Shown here piece by piece: positions 30,544-40,781 of a DNA stretch of 64,000 bases (positions within the stretch are counted from its first letter, which is position 1; each line of letters begins with the position of its first letter). The notes under the pieces were generated by a model that did no database searches, was not told where the DNA came from, and was given only the letters and a program-made list of their open reading frames with translations. The position numbers and the translations under genes were made by a program. Origin of the DNA: an uncultured delta proteobacterium (GTDB lineage: Bacteria; Desulfobacterota; Binatia; UBA9968); the NCBI GenBank assembly GCA_963727625.1, contig CAVSHR010000002.1, positions 1 through 64,000 of the forward strand, given 5' to 3'.

Positions 30544-32283
30544 ATGGGGCGAATTTTTTCATATCTCCGGCGCTATCGCGGACAGTATGCGCTCGGCGGG
30601 TTGTGCCTGCTCGGTACCACCACGCTGGTGATGTGGATCCCCTGGTGGATTCGCGAGGCGGTGCGCATCATCGAGCATGGCGGCTCGATAAACGACGTGA
30701 AGTACTACGCCCTGCTCATTCTCGCCGCGGCGTTGGCCCAAGGCGTGGTTCGCACCTATTCGCGCGCGCTGATCTTCAACGCCGGGCGCAACGTCGAGTA
30801 CGATCTGCGCAATGATCTGTTCGCCCATCTGCAAAAGCTGCCGCCGGCTTTTTATCAGACGCAAAGAACCGGCGACTTGATGTCGCGGGTGATCAACGAT
30901 ATCTCCGCTGTGCGGGTGATGCTCGGACCGGGCATCCTCAACTTCGTCAATGCGCCACTCTACTACGTCTACGCGGTCGCCTTGATGCTGTCGATGGACT
31001 GGCGCATGACCCTGGCCGCTCTGGCGCCGTTTCCGCTGCTGATGTACGTGGCGAATAAATTTCGCGGCAAAATTCTCAAGAGCTCCCTCGAAGTACAGCA
31101 GCAGATGTCGGTCCTGAGCAGCCATGTGCAGGAGAATCTGAGCGGCATGCATGTGGTGAAAGCCTACGCCCAGGAAGACTTCCAATCCCAGCAATTCATC
31201 GGCTTTAACAAGGACTACGAAGTCAAAAGCATGGAGATGGCGAAGATGCGCGGCATCGTCAATCCGGTGATGCAGGGCATCAACGGTCTGACCGTGCTGA
31301 TCGTTATCTGGTATGGCGGGGTGCGGGTGGTGCGCGGCGACCTGCTGGTCGCCGATATCGTCGCCTTCATCGCGTATCTCAACGTCCTGGCGTGGCCGAC
31401 GGCGGCCTTCGGTTGGATGCTTTCCCTGGTGGAGCGCGGCCGCGCCGCCATGCGTCGCCTCGAGGAGATCCTCGAGCGCAAGCCGGAAATCCTCGGCGCC
31501 CCGGCCCGGAATGAGGTTGTCGCCCTCGAACAGGGCATCGAATTTCATAATGTTTCCTTCGCCTACGAGCGCCAGAGAAACGGCCATGCAACGCTCGCAG
31601 GCGTCGATTTCAAGCTGCCGGTGGGGCGCTCCGTAGGACTGGTCGGCCGCGTCGGTTCCGGCAAGAGCACGCTGGCGCAACTGCTGCCGCGCCTCTTCGA
31701 TGTCACCGGCGGCGCGATTCTCCTGGACGGCCAGGATATCCGCCGGCTGTCGCTCGGCGAACTGCGTAAATTGATCGGCTATGTGCCGCAGGAGCCGTTT
31801 CTGTTCTCGACTTCGCTCAGGAACAACCTGACTTTCGGCCGCGACGGCTGCTCTGCCGACGATGTCGCGCGCGCGATCAAGATCGCCAAGCTGGAAAACG
31901 ATCTGGAGATTTTTCCCCAAGGGCTGGAGACCGTGGTCGGCGAGCGCGGCGTGACGCTTTCCGGCGGTCAGAAACAACGCGCCACCCTGGCGCGGGCGCT
32001 GATCATGGATTCGCCGGTGCTGATTCTCGACGATTGCCTGTCCAGCGTCGACGCCCAAACCGAGGCGGAAATTTTGCACGGCCTGCGCGCGTTTCTCAAG
32101 GAAAAGACCTGCCTGATCATCTCGCACCGAATTTCCGCGGTCAAAGAGGCGGACGAGATCCTCGTGCTCGACGAAGGCCGCATCATCGAGCGCGGCAACC
32201 ACGAGGAACTCACCCGCCGCCGCGGCGTTTACGCAGATCTCTATCAGCAGCAGCGGCTCAGCGAGGAGCTCGAACAAATTTAA
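30544..32283 (+). CDS. ABC exporter fused TMD-NBD (heterodimer subunit 1)
   Basis: GRVGSGKS, LSGGQKQR, ILDD (degenerate Walker B). Confidence 0.92.
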   Translation: MGRIFSYLRRYRGQYALGGLCLLGTTTLVMWIPWWIREAVRIIEHGGSINDVKYYALLILAAALAQGVVRTYSRALIFNAGRNVEYDLRNDLFAHLQKLPPAFYQTQRTGDLMSRVINDISAVRVMLGPGILNFVNAPLYYVYAVALMLSMDWRMTLAALAPFPLLMYVANKFRGKILKSSLEVQQQMSVLSSHVQENLSGMHVVKAYAQEDFQSQQFIGFNKDYEVKSMEMAKMRGIVNPVMQGINGLTVLIVIWYGGVRVVRGDLLVADIVAFIAYLNVLAWPTAAFGWMLSLVERGRAAMRRLEEILERKPEILGAPARNEVVALEQGIEFHNVSFAYERQRNGHATLAGVDFKLPVGRSVGLVGRVGSGKSTLAQLLPRLFDVTGGAILLDGQDIRRLSLGELRKLIGYVPQEPFLFSTSLRNNLTFGRDGCSADDVARAIKIAKLENDLEIFPQGLETVVGERGVTLSGGQKQRATLARALIMDSPVLILDDCLSSVDAQTEAEILHGLRAFLKEKTCLIISHRISAVKEADEILVLDEGRIIERGNHEELTRRRGVYADLYQQQRLSEELEQI

Positions 32284-34100
32284 TGGCACAGGCTTCACAC
32301 CAAGAGGAAATTTTCGGCAAAGCCTACGATTTCCGACTGATCAAGCGCTTGTGGCATTTCATCGTCCCCTACAAGCGGCTTTTCCTAATGAGTCTCATGC
32401 TCTTGCCGTTGCAGCAGGGCTTCGGCCTGGCGCAGCCCTATCTGATGAAAGTGGGCATCGATCGATTCATCGCGGGCAAGGATCTTTGGGGCTTGCAGAA
32501 CGTCATGCTGCTGTTTTTCGTTGCCCTCGTCGGCGAAACGCTGGCGGCCTTCGGACAATATTATTTGTCGATGCTGGTGGCGCAGCGCTGCCTGGCCGAC
32601 TTGCGCGTGGCAATCTTCAATCACGTGCAGAAGCTGCCGATGAGCTACTTCGATCGCAACCCGGTGGGCCGGCTGGTGACGCGCATGACCACCGACGTCG
32701 ACGTGCTGCAGGAGATGTTTTCCTCCGGCGTGGTCACGCTGCTTGGCGATTTCATCATGGTCGGGTGGATTGTCGGCATCATGTTTTATCTCGACGTCAA
32801 ACTCGCCCTGGTGTCTTTGGCGCTGATCCCGCCGATGGCGGTGGCGATCAATTTTTTTCGGGTCAAGGCGCGCCAGACCTACCGGCAAATTCGCGAGCGT
32901 ATCGCGCGCATCAACGCGTATCTGGGCGAGGCGATTTCCGGCATGGCGGTGATCCAGCTGTTTGCCCGCGAAGAGAAAACATTTCGCGCATTCGATCGGC
33001 TCAACGCCGACCACCGCGACGCCTATCACTTGTCCAATCTCTATGAAGCGGGGCTCTACTCGATGGTCGAAGCCGCCGGCTCGGTCAGCGTCGGGTTGCT
33101 GCTCTGGTACGGCGGCGGCCAGGTGCTGCATGGCGCCATCGGCATAGGAACCCTGGTGGCCTTCAAAGAGTACCTGCACCGCTTTTTCGTGCCGCTGCGC
33201 GATTTCAGCCAGAAGTACGCGGTAATGCAGTCGGCGATGGCTTCGGCAGAAAGAATTTTTCAGCTGCTCGATACGCCCGAAGACATCCAAACCCCAAGCC
33301 GGGCGCTGGTGCCCAAGCCGTTCCGCGGCGAAGTGGTTTTCGACGATGTCTGGTTTCGCTACAGGGCCGACACGCCGGTTTTAAAAGGGGTGTCGTTCCG
33401 CATCGAGCCCGGGGAGCGGGTCGCGGTGGTCGGCGCCACCGGCTCGGGCAAGACCACGACGATCAAGCTGCTCAACCGTTCCTACGATATCGAGAAGGGC
33501 TCGATCCTGGTCGGCGGCATCGACGTGCGCCAGTGGGACCTAAGCGCGCTCCGCCGCCATATCGGGGTCGTGTTGCAGGACGTGTTTTTGTTTTCCGGCG
33601 ATGTGCGCACCAACCTCGCTCTGGGCAATCCGTCGATTCCGCTGGAACGGATCGAAGCCGCGGCGCGGGTCGCCAACGTGGACGAGTTCATCCGCCGCTT
33701 GCCCGACGGCTACGCCGCCCAGGTGCGCGAGCGCGGCAGCAATTTTTCCGGCGGCCAGCGCCAGCTCCTGGCGCTGGCCCGCGTTTTGGTTTATCAGCCG
33801 GAAATCCTCGTCATGGATGAGGCGACTTCGAGCATCGATTCAGAGACCGAAGGATTGATTCAAGACGCCTTGGAAAAGGTCATGCGCAACCGCACTTGTC
33901 TGTTGATTGCGCACCGGCTTTCGACCATCCGCAACGCCGACCGGATCATCGTGCTGCACCACGGCGAGGTGAGAGAAGTGGGCTCCCACGCCGAACTGAT
34001 GGAGCTGCGCGGCATTTATTACCGCTTGTACCAACTGCAATACGAGCGCGAAGAGTTAAGGCTTGCCGCGCCGCCAGCCGTGTTGAAGGCGAATGCCTAG
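32283..34100 (+). CDS. ABC exporter fused TMD-NBD (heterodimer subunit 2)
   Basis: TAATG coupling to subunit 1; GATGSGKT, FSGGQRQ, DEATS. Confidence 0.92.
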   Translation: MAQASHQEEIFGKAYDFRLIKRLWHFIVPYKRLFLMSLMLLPLQQGFGLAQPYLMKVGIDRFIAGKDLWGLQNVMLLFFVALVGETLAAFGQYYLSMLVAQRCLADLRVAIFNHVQKLPMSYFDRNPVGRLVTRMTTDVDVLQEMFSSGVVTLLGDFIMVGWIVGIMFYLDVKLALVSLALIPPMAVAINFFRVKARQTYRQIRERIARINAYLGEAISGMAVIQLFAREEKTFRAFDRLNADHRDAYHLSNLYEAGLYSMVEAAGSVSVGLLLWYGGGQVLHGAIGIGTLVAFKEYLHRFFVPLRDFSQKYAVMQSAMASAERIFQLLDTPEDIQTPSRALVPKPFRGEVVFDDVWFRYRADTPVLKGVSFRIEPGERVAVVGATGSGKTTTIKLLNRSYDIEKGSILVGGIDVRQWDLSALRRHIGVVLQDVFLFSGDVRTNLALGNPSIPLERIEAAARVANVDEFIRRLPDGYAAQVRERGSNFSGGQRQLLALARVLVYQPEILVMDEATSSIDSETEGLIQDALEKVMRNRTCLLIAHRLSTIRNADRIIVLHHGEVREVGSHAELMELRGIYYRLYQLQYEREELRLAAPPAVLKANA

Positions 34101-35244
34101 CCCTGCCGCGACGAAAGGCCCGCCTGAATCGTCTCCGCTTGTTTTCCCGGCGCGGTGGAAACTATTTCATTGGTTCTTGCCGGCGTTGGCGGCAGCGCTA
34201 GCGGGGGCAACGCTGGCCGGCTGTTCGCCGCTCTACGTGCTGCGCGCGGCTTACGAGGAAGGCAAAATTCTCTGGCGCCGCGAGCCGATCGTCGAGCTCA
34301 TTCAAAATCCGCAGACGGTGCAGGATACCCAAGAAAAATTGCGGCTGGTGCTGGCCGTGCGCGATTACGCGCGCGACCGGCTCAAGTTCAACGTCGGCGG
34401 CAGCTATTCGAGCTACTCTTATGTCGACCGGCCGGATTTGACCTATATCGTCGTGGCGGCGCCGAAAACCGAGCTCAAGCCCTATACTTGGTGGTTCCTG
34501 ATCGTCGGCAGCGTGCCGTACAAGGGATTTTTCGAGAAAGAAGAAGCTCAGGCGGAAATCGAAAGATTGAAAGCCCAGGGCTACGACACCAATCTACGCA
34601 CTTCGGCCGCCTTCAGCACGCTGGGCTGGTTCGACGATCCGTTGCTGTCTCATTTGCTCAAGTACGACAAAGTCGTGCTGAGCAGCATCGTATTTCACGA
34701 GCTGTTTCACAACACGCTTTACGTGAAGGGGGCGGGCGCCTTCAACGAGAGCTCGGCAAACTTCATCGGCCACCGCGCCGCCATCGATTTTTTTCGCGAA
34801 CGTTCCGGTGCGGGTAGCGCGGATTATCTACGGGCGGTTCAGTTGTGGGACGAGGAAAAGGAATTTGGCGCGTTCATCGCCGAAGTGGCCGGCACGCTCG
34901 ACGAGCTTTACGGCCGGGATATCCCGCGCGAGGACAAGCTGCGCCTGCGCGAGGAGGTCTTCGCACGCAGCAAGGCGGAATGGTCGCGCCGTATTGCCGA
35001 CCGGCCGGACCATCGCTTTCGCGGTTTCAGCCATCAATCGCTCAACAACGCGATCCTGATGCACTACATCGTCTATCTCAAAGATCTCGATCTCTTCGAA
35101 ACGCTCTATAACGCATCGGGCAAAGACCTGCGGCGCACGGTGGCGTCACTGGAGCGCGCTACCGCGTCGGGCGGTGAACCGTTTGCTTCCGTTCGCGCCA
35201 TGCTCGAGAAAAACCAGAAAAAACTTCTGGCGGTGGGGCAGTAG
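34093..35244 (+). CDS. putative zinc aminopeptidase lipoprotein (DUF2265-like)
   Basis: LAGC lipobox, AFSTLGWFDDP, HELFH, FNES. Confidence 0.85.
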   Translation: MPSPAATKGPPESSPLVFPARWKLFHWFLPALAAALAGATLAGCSPLYVLRAAYEEGKILWRREPIVELIQNPQTVQDTQEKLRLVLAVRDYARDRLKFNVGGSYSSYSYVDRPDLTYIVVAAPKTELKPYTWWFLIVGSVPYKGFFEKEEAQAEIERLKAQGYDTNLRTSAAFSTLGWFDDPLLSHLLKYDKVVLSSIVFHELFHNTLYVKGAGAFNESSANFIGHRAAIDFFRERSGAGSADYLRAVQLWDEEKEFGAFIAEVAGTLDELYGRDIPREDKLRLREEVFARSKAEWSRRIADRPDHRFRGFSHQSLNNAILMHYIVYLKDLDLFETLYNASGKDLRRTVASLERATASGGEPFASVRAMLEKNQKKLLAVGQ

Positions 35245-35359
35245 CGGCTGGAATGACGATCCGGTAATGCTTCGTCCGCTTGGTGCATCGCTATAGCAAA
35301 AAGTTCTCGCAGCCGGCGCAAATTTGCCGGCAGTTCAAAAATGCAGCATGTCGGGATTC

Positions 35360-35600
35360 ACTCGCGCCAAGCCTGTCTTGAGCGAGGTCGAAGGGCGCCA
35401 AGCGAGCCGCAGACAAATTCGCAATCCGAAGCTCCAAATCCGAAACAAACGAAGCGGCCAAATACTAAAACTCGAAATTCAAAATGAACGCGTTTGAAAA
35501 ATTTCCGAGTTTTGATCATCTGGATTTGTTTCGAATTTCGGATTTCGAGCTTTTTGGCTGCTGCTTTGCTTTGCGGCCTTGGCGTCTTTGCGCGAGATAA
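35360..35600. repeat. nested palindromic intergenic repeat
   Basis: Outer CTCGCGCCAAG..CTTTGCGCGAG arms; inner AAATCCGAAA..TTTCGGATTT arms. Confidence 0.65.
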
Positions 35601-35624
35601 ACCGGCTTCCGTCAACCCGCTAAA

Positions 35625-36497
35625 TTATTTTTGACCGTCCGTGACGCTCTTAAACCGCCGGATCGCGTCCATATGCGCGGCGGGCGAATTCAATCCCGCC
35701 TTCATGGTGTTAAAGCTCAAGTGCGTGACGCCGAGAGACTGCCAGGCTTGCAGCTCTTTGAGCCATGCCTCCGGCGCACCCTGGCCATAGGCGATTCTTC
35801 CTTCGATGCCGATTTCGTCCGGCTTGCGGCCGGCTTCGCGGGCGTAGTCGTGAACCTTGGCGATCGCAGCCCGGCATTTCTCGTCCGGAACCATCAGCGG
35901 AAACCAGCCGTCGCCAAGCCTAGCGAGACGTCGTAGCGCACGCTCGTCGGTGGCACCGAACCAGATCGGGATGGGCCGCTGCACCGGCAGCGGCTTGATG
36001 CCGGCGTCGACGACCTTGTCCCAGCGGCCGTCGAAGGTTACGAGTTCCTGAGTCCATAGTTTTCGCAGCAACTCGACCTGTTCTTCGGAGCGCCGGCCGC
36101 GGCTCTTGAAATCTTGACCGAGGGCTTCATATTCCACCGGATTCCAGCCGATGCCGATACCCAAACGGAGCCGTCCGCCGCTGAGCACATCGAGCGCCGC
36201 CGCCTGTTTGGCGACCAGCACGGTTTGGCGCTGCGGTAAAATAATGATGCCGGTGACCAATTCGAGGTTTTTCGTAAGCCCGGCGAGATAACCGAACAGA
36301 ACAAACGGTTCGTGAAACATGTCTAAATGACTGTAAGGCGGTCGCCAGCCTGGACGGCTGGCGAGGTTAGCGCCGACGACGTGATCGTAGGCCAGAATAT
36401 GGGTAAAACCCAAGCCCTCGGCTGCCTGGGCGTAATCTTTGACGGCGGCTGCGTCGCTGCCAATTTCAGTCTGAGGAAATACCACGCCAATTCGCAT
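35625..36497 (-). CDS. LLM-class (putatively F420-dependent) oxidoreductase
   Basis: MRIGVVFPQTEIG, YDHV, LDVLSGGRLRLGIGIGWN. Confidence 0.9.
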   Translation of the reverse strand: MRIGVVFPQTEIGSDAAAVKDYAQAAEGLGFTHILAYDHVVGANLASRPGWRPPYSHLDMFHEPFVLFGYLAGLTKNLELVTGIIILPQRQTVLVAKQAAALDVLSGGRLRLGIGIGWNPVEYEALGQDFKSRGRRSEEQVELLRKLWTQELVTFDGRWDKVVDAGIKPLPVQRPIPIWFGATDERALRRLARLGDGWFPLMVPDEKCRAAIAKVHDYAREAGRKPDEIGIEGRIAYGQGAPEAWLKELQAWQSLGVTHLSFNTMKAGLNSPAAHMDAIRRFKSVTDGQK

Positions 36498-36616
36498 AGA
36501 AGTCTCCTTGTCGGCTCTTAGTTTTGGGAAATCCAAGGGTTTTTACGGTCCTATTGAGCCCCTGATTTTTCATTTTAGAGTACGCAAATTTACCAGTGAA
36601 TTTAAGACCCTCGAGC

Positions 36617-36644
36617 TTGACATTAACTTTTAGGCACCTAGGAT
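36617..36644 (+). promoter_or_regulatory. putative sigma70 promoter of htpX
   Basis: TTGACA-N16-TAGGAT upstream of RBS GGAGG. Confidence 0.45.
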
Positions 36645-36666
36645 ACTCTCATAGGGAGGAAATCAT

Positions 36667-37542
36667 ATGAATGGCTTTCGCACCACGATTCTACTGGCTG
36701 CCTTGACGGCGCTGGTGGTCTGGATCGGCCATATGTTTGGCGGGCCGAACGGGGCGGTCTTGGCCCTGGTGATGGCCGGCGCCATGAATTTTTTCAGCTA
36801 CTGGTTCAGCGACAAAATCGTTCTCAAGATGTACGGCGGACAAGAAATCAGCGCCAACGATGATCCCGAGCTCTTTGGATTGGTCCGAGACTTAACGGGC
36901 AGAGCCGGATTGCCGATGCCCAAAGTCTACCTCATACCGGAGGAGGCGCCCAATGCCTTCGCCACCGGGCGTAATCCCGAACATGCGGCGGTTGCCGTGA
37001 CCCAAGGGATTCGACGCATTCTCAACAAACGCGAGCTTGCCGGCGTTCTCGGACACGAGCTCAGCCATGTCAAACACCGCGACATTCTCATCAGCAGCAT
37101 CGCCGCCACGCTTGCCGGCGCGATCAGTTACCTGGCGTATATGGCGCAGTGGGCGGCGATCTTCGGCGGCGGCAGCCGCGACCGCGAGGGCGGCAGCAAT
37201 ATCTTCGGCCTGCTCTTCATGATAATCGTCGCGCCGATGGCGGCGATGTTGATTCAGATGGCGGTTTCCCGATCGCGAGAGTACATGGCCGATGCCGGCG
37301 GCGCAAAAGTTACCGGCGATCCGCTAGCGTTGGCAAGCGCCCTGCGCAAGCTCCATATGGGCGCGCAGAACATTCCGCTTCAAGTAAGCGACGCCACGGC
37401 CAACTCGACGGCGCATATGTTCATCGTCAACCCGCTCACCGGCGGCGGCTTGAAAAATCTTTTCAGCACCCACCCAGCCATGGAAGAGCGCATCGCCCGG
37501 CTCGAGGCGATGGCCAAAGATATGAGCTACATGAGGAGCTAA
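36667..37542 (+). CDS. htpX: zinc metalloprotease HtpX
   Basis: [26 protein letters not shown]. Confidence 0.95.
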   Translation: MNGFRTTILLAALTALVVWIGHMFGGPNGAVLALVMAGAMNFFSYWFSDKIVLKMYGGQEISANDDPELFGLVRDLTGRAGLPMPKVYLIPEEAPNAFATGRNPEHAAVAVTQGIRRILNKRELAGVLGHELSHVKHRDILISSIAATLAGAISYLAYMAQWAAIFGGGSRDREGGSNIFGLLFMIIVAPMAAMLIQMAVSRSREYMADAGGAKVTGDPLALASALRKLHMGAQNIPLQVSDATANSTAHMFIVNPLTGGGLKNLFSTHPAMEERIARLEAMAKDMSYMRS

Positions 37543-37550
37543 AGCCCATG

Positions 37551-38219
37551 TCAAAGTCTCGCAACCAGCGGCGTCAATACTTTTTCTTCCAACCAGGCCG
37601 AGAGGTCGGAAAGGCTCCTTGGCCTGATTTCATGTCCCATCTCATACTCCCGGTAAGTGAGCGGCAGATTTAACTGGCGCAGGGTTTCCACCGAGCTTCG
37701 CGCGCGGTCGACTTCGATCATCGAATCCTGCGTGCCGTGCTGCACCAGCGTGGGCAGTGATTGAACCGCGTCGTCGATATTCAATTGCGGCAGCAGCTCC
37801 TTCGGCAGCCAACTGCTGAGCACGGCGAGCGCGGTAAATCGTTCGGGATTTGCCAGCGCCAAGCTATACGCCATTCCTCCGCCCTGGCTAAAGCCGAGCA
37901 GAACAAGCTTCCTGACGTCGATCGGATAGGAATCAACGCACTCATCGAGAAAGGCCCGTAATTTTTTCTGCGATGCCAAGATGGCGTCGATATTCGGCGG
38001 CCCGCCCATGCTCATCGGATACCAGGCGTATCCAACGGCGTTCGGGCCGGTGGGGGTTTCGAGCGGGCCCTGCGGGCAGATCATCATGAACTTGCCGCGG
38101 CAGAGATAGGGCGCCAGCCCGAGCAGATCAAAAGCGTTGGCGCCGCGGCCGTGCAGAGTCAGGATCGTCGGAAACGGGCCAGGACCGGTTGGTTGGTAAA
38201 GCGTATGAATGAGTTCCAC
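37551..38219 (-). CDS. phospholipase/carboxylesterase (alpha/beta hydrolase)
   Basis: LHGRG, GFSQG, HGTQD, GHE. Confidence 0.9.
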   Translation of the reverse strand: MELIHTLYQPTGPGPFPTILTLHGRGANAFDLLGLAPYLCRGKFMMICPQGPLETPTGPNAVGYAWYPMSMGGPPNIDAILASQKKLRAFLDECVDSYPIDVRKLVLLGFSQGGGMAYSLALANPERFTALAVLSSWLPKELLPQLNIDDAVQSLPTLVQHGTQDSMIEVDRARSSVETLRQLNLPLTYREYEMGHEIRPRSLSDLSAWLEEKVLTPLVARL

Positions 38220-38244
38220 AGGGAACCTCCGTAAGCAATTGCTG

Positions 38245-39936
38245 TTAGTCTCTTAGCTGCTCCAGTTTGTTAATACCCGCGCGCAACGAAAACGCGATCA
38301 CGGCGCCGGTCAATGCCGCGACAATGGCTAGCGAGGGAGCGATGAGCCGCCAAGTCGGCACAACGGCATGTCCGGGGCGCAAAGAAGCCACGGCGAGCTG
38401 GTAGATCGGCCAGGCTTCGATCATGACCACCAGGGCGATGAAACCGACGCTGGCGATCATCGACACCGCGCCGCCGAAACTGGTGGGAATCTCCGCGGCG
38501 TTATCATAATTAAAGTTAGGATAAAGCGCGCCGAAACCGACGCCGATGGCGGCGATGCCGAAGGTCATCAGGCAAACCGTGATCAGCGAGAGCGCCATCA
38601 TCCAGCCCGGCACTTGCAGCAGCAGATTGCTCAAAAACACCAGCGACGCGCCCAAGAACAGCAAGGGCACGGCGATCAACCAGAACTTGCTCCACAACAA
38701 GGCGCGCAACGACACCGGCGCGCATTGCACAATCCAAAAAGCCTTACCTTCCAAACTAATCGCCGGAAAGGCGAAGCGCACAGCGACCGCGCTCAAAACG
38801 AAACCGGCGAGCGCCAAGTTGGCAAAAGACACCACCGTGCGGATGGTTGCCGCCGGCATCGGCGAACGATCCAGCGGCAGAACTTTGAAGTTGTACAGAT
38901 AGACCACGATCAGCGCGAGCAAGAGAAACAGTTGCGACCACTGAGTCGTATCACGCACAAAGGTCTTGATGTCTTTCACCATGATCGCCCGGGTAGGGCC
39001 GGGAAACAACAGGGTGATCCGCTCGAGGACGCGGTCGAACCAGACCAACTTGCGCCGGCCCTGGCGCGACTCCTGGGCCTTGGACCAGCCGTCAAGATAA
39101 AGCGCGCCGCAAACCCAGGAGGCCGCCAAGGGAAGAAACAGCGCGTAGCTTGCGAGCAAAGCGAAGAAGAACCCTTGTTCTACCTCCCGGTTAAATAAGG
39201 TGCCGGCCAAAATTTCGACGGACCAGCTGCTCGGTAAATACGGCGAAGAGGGTGTTTCCATGGCGCGCAAGAACTGCATGAAGTTGCCAAAGGTTTCCGG
39301 CTGGACCAGGCGCTCCGGTTGGGACATGCGAAAAAGAAAAAATATAACGATGAAGGCGAACAGACCGATGAAGAACAGAATGTCGCGGATTCGTTTGGCG
39401 GGAAGGCAGTAAACCAACAAGTGCGTGAGCAAAATCGCCGTTGCCGCCGGAATCACCAGAAACAGCGGCAAGATGAGCGCGACCCAGAGGTAAAGCACCC
39501 AGCCGCCGCCGAACACCGAGCCGTAGGCGGCGAAGATCGGCAGGCTGAAGAACAACACCATCCACGAAGAATTGATCGTCGTAGTGATCAGCCGCGCGTA
39601 GAAAAACGCGTCGCGCGAAACCGGCGCGGCGTGCAGCAAATCCAGATCCCGGGAAAGAAAAAAGGTCGAAAGCGAGGCGACCAGGTTGCTGAATAAAAGC
39701 AGGGATAGAAAGGTCAACAGAATGATCAGCAACAGTTGGTAAGCCAGGCCGGGGCCGAGGTCGAAAACGGTTTCAAAATAGCGCAACACGCGCCGGATGA
39801 CCCAATAGGTGCCGAGCCAAAAAATGGCGGCGAGCGCGATGAGCAGGACGCGCCGGGCCCAAGAGCCGCCGCCGCGCAGAAGAGTATTCTTCCACGACAG
39901 CCACATCGGCGAGAGCAACAGCGCGACGGTGCTCAT
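38245..39936 (-). CDS. putative ABC-2 type exporter permease
   Basis: Many TM helices; SLEGKAFW; overlaps the ATPase stop. Confidence 0.82.
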   Translation of the reverse strand: MSTVALLLSPMWLSWKNTLLRGGGSWARRVLLIALAAIFWLGTYWVIRRVLRYFETVFDLGPGLAYQLLLIILLTFLSLLLFSNLVASLSTFFLSRDLDLLHAAPVSRDAFFYARLITTTINSSWMVLFFSLPIFAAYGSVFGGGWVLYLWVALILPLFLVIPAATAILLTHLLVYCLPAKRIRDILFFIGLFAFIVIFFLFRMSQPERLVQPETFGNFMQFLRAMETPSSPYLPSSWSVEILAGTLFNREVEQGFFFALLASYALFLPLAASWVCGALYLDGWSKAQESRQGRRKLVWFDRVLERITLLFPGPTRAIMVKDIKTFVRDTTQWSQLFLLLALIVVYLYNFKVLPLDRSPMPAATIRTVVSFANLALAGFVLSAVAVRFAFPAISLEGKAFWIVQCAPVSLRALLWSKFWLIAVPLLFLGASLVFLSNLLLQVPGWMMALSLITVCLMTFGIAAIGVGFGALYPNFNYDNAAEIPTSFGGAVSMIASVGFIALVVMIEAWPIYQLAVASLRPGHAVVPTWRLIAPSLAIVAALTGAVIAFSLRAGINKLEQLRD

Positions 39937-40691
39937 CGCTGGTATCCGGTCGCGGTCACTTCGCGCTCCTGGTCTCGGGTCAGCTCGAGAAAGACGCTTT
40001 CGAGGTTGCCGTGACGGCCGGCGGCTTGCTCATGCAGCTCGGCCATCGTGCTGCAGGCGATCAAGCGCCCTTTTTGAATAATGCCGATACGGTGGCAAAT
40101 CTCTTCGGCGATGCCGATGCTATGGGTGGAAAGAAACACCGTGGTGCCTTTTTTCGCCAGCGAGCAAAATAGGTCCTTGATGGTGCGCGCGCCCCTGGGA
40201 TCCATTCCGACCATCGGTTCGTCGACGATCAGGATGCGCGGTTCATGGATCAGCGCGGCGCAGAACACCAAGCGCTGTTTCATGCCGTGGGAGTAGCTTT
40301 CCACCAATTCATCTTTCCAATGGGTCAATTCGAGATGTTCCAAAAGCTCGGCGATCCGCTGCGCGAGGCGCCGGTTCTCGATCCGATGGAGTTTGCCGAT
40401 GAATTCGAGAAATTCAGCGCCGCTCAGCTTTTCGTAGATAAAGGGCCGGTCGGGAATGAACCCGGTGATCGCCTTGGCTTTCTGCGCCGCGCTCACGACG
40501 TCGTGGCCGTCGAGCAAAACCTGTCCCGAGGTGGCCTTCAGGATGCCCATCATGACGCGGATCGTGGTCGTCTTGCCGGCGCCGTTGGGGCCGAGGAAGC
40601 CGAAGATTTGCCCTGCCGGCACTTCGAGATTGAGGCTGTCGACTGCGGTGAGCGCACCGTAGTTTTTGATCAGGTTGATGAGCTGGATCAT
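39933..40691 (-). CDS. ABC transporter ATP-binding protein
   Basis: GPNGAGKTT, YSHGMKQR, DEP. Confidence 0.93.
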   Translation of the reverse strand: MIQLINLIKNYGALTAVDSLNLEVPAGQIFGFLGPNGAGKTTTIRVMMGILKATSGQVLLDGHDVVSAAQKAKAITGFIPDRPFIYEKLSGAEFLEFIGKLHRIENRRLAQRIAELLEHLELTHWKDELVESYSHGMKQRLVFCAALIHEPRILIVDEPMVGMDPRGARTIKDLFCSLAKKGTTVFLSTHSIGIAEEICHRIGIIQKGRLIACSTMAELHEQAAGRHGNLESVFLELTRDQEREVTATGYQR

Positions 40692-40772
40692 TCTATTTTG
40701 GATTTTGAATTGCCGATTTTAGATTGAAATTTGGAATCCCAGTCCGAGAATCTAAAATCCAAAATCGAAAAT
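40692..40772. repeat. heptamer-based inverted repeat
   Basis: ATTTTGGATTTTG..GATTTTAGATT / AATCTAAAATCCAAAATCGAAAAT. Confidence 0.65.
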
Positions 40773-40781
40773 GTTGCCTTC

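Noticed and set aside
30559-32298. 579-aa antisense ORF (and similar shadows, e.g. 21178..22155, 47896..49059, 11460..12413)
   Set aside because: Antisense shadows of well-supported genes, expected with high-GC codon bias
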